Part shown: positions 21,696 to 24,000 of the stretch, in pieces
Position numbering within the stretch: position 1 is the first letter of the stretch
Layout of the letters: each line of letters begins with the position of its first letter
Assembly (NCBI GenBank): GCA_036655895.1
Contig: JAVVPF010000015.1
Span: 1 to 24,000, forward strand
Direction of reading: 5' to 3'
From: Cloacibacillus sp.
GTDB taxonomy: Bacteria > Synergistota > Synergistia > Synergistales > Synergistaceae
DNA length: 24,000 nt
Made by a program: the position numbers and the translations under genes
Notes under the pieces: model-generated
Told to the model about the DNA's origin: nothing
The model's database searches: none
What the model saw: only the letters and a program-made list of their open reading frames with translations

Positions 21696-24000
21696 TTACT
21701 GGTTTTCTTCCATGCGCCTGTATTTTTCGTAGCGCGCCGCGGCCTCTTCGGCCGCCTCTTTGAAGAATTTTTCTGCGTTGTCGGGGAAGGTGCGTTTCAG
21801 CGCGGAGTAGCGCACTTCGCCTTCAAGGAAGTCGCCGTAGGGCATAGTGGGCGCCTTTGAGTCGAGCGAGAGCGGCTTTTCTTTTCTCGGGTCAAAGCGG
21901 TAGAGGTTCCAGTAGCCGGAGGCGACCGCGCGCTTCATTTCGTCCTGCGTGCGCCCCATGCCGCCGCGGATGCCGTGCGCCATGCAGGGCGCGTAGGCTA
22001 TGATGACGGAGGGGCCGTCGAACTCCTCGGCCTCGCGCATCGCCTTGATGAGCTGGTTTTGATCGGCGCCCATCGCCACCTGCGCCACGTAGATATTCCC
22101 GTAGGTCATAAGCATCGCGCCCAGGTCTTTTTTGCCGACCTTTTTGCCGCTGATGCAGAACTGCGCCACAGCGCCTTTAGGCGTGGACTTTGAGGACTGG
22201 CCGCCCGTGTTTGAGTAGACCTCTGTGTCTACGATGAGGACGTTTACGTTCTCGCCCATAGCCAGCACGTGGTCCAAGCCGCCGAAGCCTATGTCGTAGG
22301 CCCAGCCGTCGCCGCCGTACATCCAGAAGGTCTTTTTTGATAAATGTTCTTTGTTGGCCAAAAGCTCCGCCGCTTTTTCGGCGGCCGCCCCTGCAAGTGT
22401 CGCCGATTCAAGCGCGGCTACAAGCGCGTCGCCCGTCTTTGCGGAGGCCGCGAAGTCGTCGTAGGCGGCAAGCCACGCACGCACCGCGTCGGCGGCAGCC
22501 TCAGGCGCGCCCGCTTCAAGCAGAGCCTCAGCGCGCAGCCTCTGCGCGCTGCGCTGCTGCTGAACGGAGAGGAACATGCCCAGGCTGAACTCAGCGTTGT
22601 TTTCAAAGAGCGAGTTTGACCACGCAGGGCCTTTGCCCGCCTTGTTTTTTGTGTAGGGGATGCCGGGCATCGCCGCGCCCCATGCCTGCGAGCAGCCGGT
22701 AGCGTTCGCCCAGTAGACGCGGTCTCCAAAGAGCTGCGTCATAAGCTTCGCGTAGGGCGTCTCGCCGCATCCGGCGCAGGCCGCGGAAAATTCAAGCAGC
22801 GGCTGGCGGAACTGGCTTCCTTTTATCGTCCACGGGTCGAAGGAGCCCTCTTTGTCGGAGAGAGAAAGTCCGTAGGCCCACTCGTCGGGCAGCGATTTTG
22901 ATTTTTCTATGGGAACCAACGCAAGCGCCGTCTCCTTTGCGGGGCAGGCGGCGACGCAGCTTCCGCAGCCTGTGCAGTCGTCGCGGCTTATCTGCATCGT
23001 GAAGTAGAGTCCCTTTGCGCCCGTCGCGGGCATTGTGAGGAAGCCCTCCGGGGAGGCAGCCTTTTCGTCTTCCGTGAGCAGATAGGGGCGGATGACGGCG
23101 TGCGGGCAGACGCAGGCGCAGCGGTTGCACTGTATGCAGCGCGTCGGGTCCCATTCGGGAACCTGCGTCGCGATGGCGCGTTTTTCGTAGGCGGTGAGGC
23201 CAAGCTCCACCGTGCCGTCCTCGTAGCCCTTGAAGGCGCTGACGGGCAGGCTGTCTCCCTGCTGGCGGTTTATCGGTTCAAGCAGTTTTTCGATGATGGC
23301 GGGCTCTCCTTTGGGACGCGGCTTTGCCGCCTCCTGCGCCTCGCTCCAAGACTCGGGAATCTCCACGCGCACCAGCATAGCGCCGCCGTCGTCGATGGCC
23401 GCTATGTTTCTTGCCACCACCTCGTCTCCCTTTGCGAAGAAGGTCTTGCGCACAGCTTCGGCCATATATTTTTTCGCCTCGTCTATCGGTATGAGGTCTA
23501 CGAGGTGGAAGAAGGCCGACTGGAGCGGGATGTTGACGTGGCTGCCGAGGCCGTGTTTTTCGGATATCTTCGTCGCGTTTATTATGTAGAAGCGGGCGTG
23601 CTTGCGGGCCAGTTTGCGGCGGATGTCGGCTGGGATGTTGGCCTCAAGCTCCTCCGGCTCCCACGGGCAGTTGAGCAGCAGCGTGCCGCCCTCCTTCAGC
23701 TCGCTTACGATGTCGTAATTTTGGATGTAGGTCGGGTTGTGCGCCGCGATGAAGTCGGCGCGCTTTACGAGGTACGACGAGCCGATTGGGCTGTCGGAAA
23801 AGCGCAGATGCGAGATGGTGACGCCGAAGGATTTTTTTGCATCGTATTCAAAATAGGCCTGTCCGTATTTTTCAGTGCTGCTGTTTATTATCTCAACGGT
23901 GTTCTTGTTAGCACCGACCGTGCCGTCGCCGCCCAGCCCCCAGAATTTGAAGGCCATATCGCCCTTGGCCGCGGCCGAAAGCGGCTCGCCCACGGGCAGA
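21696..24000 (-). CDS. nifJ: pyruvate:ferredoxin (flavodoxin) oxidoreductase, C-terminal about 767 aa (5' end outside window)
   Basis: Two ferredoxin-type motifs, CIQCNRCACVCP and CTGCGSCVAACP. ThDP-binding region GGDGWAYDIGFGGLDH. The frame stays open to the window edge, and the GTG 'start' at 23993 in the ORF track is internal. Confidence 0.95.
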   Translation of the reverse strand, partial: LPVGEPLSAAAKGDMAFKFWGLGGDGTVGANKNTVEIINSSTEKYGQAYFEYDAKKSFGVTISHLRFSDSPIGSSYLVKRADFIAAHNPTYIQNYDIVSELKEGGTLLLNCPWEPEELEANIPADIRRKLARKHARFYIINATKISEKHGLGSHVNIPLQSAFFHLVDLIPIDEAKKYMAEAVRKTFFAKGDEVVARNIAAIDDGGAMLVRVEIPESWSEAQEAAKPRPKGEPAIIEKLLEPINRQQGDSLPVSAFKGYEDGTVELGLTAYEKRAIATQVPEWDPTRCIQCNRCACVCPHAVIRPYLLTEDEKAASPEGFLTMPATGAKGLYFTMQISRDDCTGCGSCVAACPAKETALALVPIEKSKSLPDEWAYGLSLSDKEGSFDPWTIKGSQFRQPLLEFSAACAGCGETPYAKLMTQLFGDRVYWANATGCSQAWGAAMPGIPYTKNKAGKGPAWSNSLFENNAEFSLGMFLSVQQQRSAQRLRAEALLEAGAPEAAADAVRAWLAAYDDFAASAKTGDALVAALESATLAGAAAEKAAELLANKEHLSKKTFWMYGGDGWAYDIGFGGLDHVLAMGENVNVLIVDTEVYSNTGGQSSKSTPKGAVAQFCISGKKVGKKDLGAMLMTYGNIYVAQVAMGADQNQLIKAMREAEEFDGPSVIIAYAPCMAHGIRGGMGRTQDEMKRAVASGYWNLYRFDPRKEKPLSLDSKAPTMPYGDFLEGEVRYSALKRTFPDNAEKFFKEAAEEAAARYEKYRRMEENQ

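Noticed and set aside
1-24000. CRISPR arrays, tRNA/rRNA genes, insertion sequences, integrases, and toxin-antitoxin or multi-gene defence islands
   Set aside because: I found no regularly spaced direct repeats, no tRNA-like T-arm (GGTTCGAAT-type) sequences, and no transposase or recombinase-like ORFs by eye. The only defence-type gene recognised is the solitary DpnI-like enzyme.

Overview
High-GC (about 60%) bacterial chromosomal window from an anaerobe, judged by pyruvate:ferredoxin oxidoreductase and the [FeFe]-hydrogenase maturase HydF. The protein style suggests a Synergistota-like organism, but this is a low-confidence impression. I support 21 protein-coding genes. Left to right: an unknown C-terminal fragment; a secreted FAD-dependent oxidoreductase (-); a cyclase/formamidase-family protein, an orphan GspG-type pseudopilin and a CDA-family deaminase (+); a small basic protein in an AT-rich patch (-); yedE-yedF (+); a secreted histidine acid phosphatase (-); a Fur-like regulator, a molybdopterin-binding protein and XdhC (-); ilvN-ilvC, a spacer, then ilvB-ilvD (+); a minus-strand operon of TM1266-type regulator, orphan substrate-binding protein, HydF and a DpnI-like methyl-directed restriction enzyme; plsC-like acyltransferase (-); a DUF502 membrane protein (+); and a 5'-truncated PFOR (-). 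Several genes appear to use TTG or GTG starts, chosen by RBS position. I saw no rRNA, tRNA, CRISPR array, transposase or integrase. The most unusual content is non-coding. (1) A 29-codon Val/Ile-rich leader ORF with an explicit terminator/antiterminator pair lies upstream of ilvN. (2) A riboswitch-like or protein-dependent attenuator lies upstream of the hydrogenase-maturation operon, with three mutually exclusive helices and a duplicated 12-mer. (3) A roughly 130-nt imperfect hairpin (MITE/REP-like) starts inside the last codons of ilvC. (4) A roughly 630-bp gene-free stretch upstream of yedE holds a 20-bp GC-rich rod hairpin, a perfect 14-bp palindrome over a promoter -35, and a weak terminator. 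All functional calls come from motif recognition by eye. No database search or folding computation was run.
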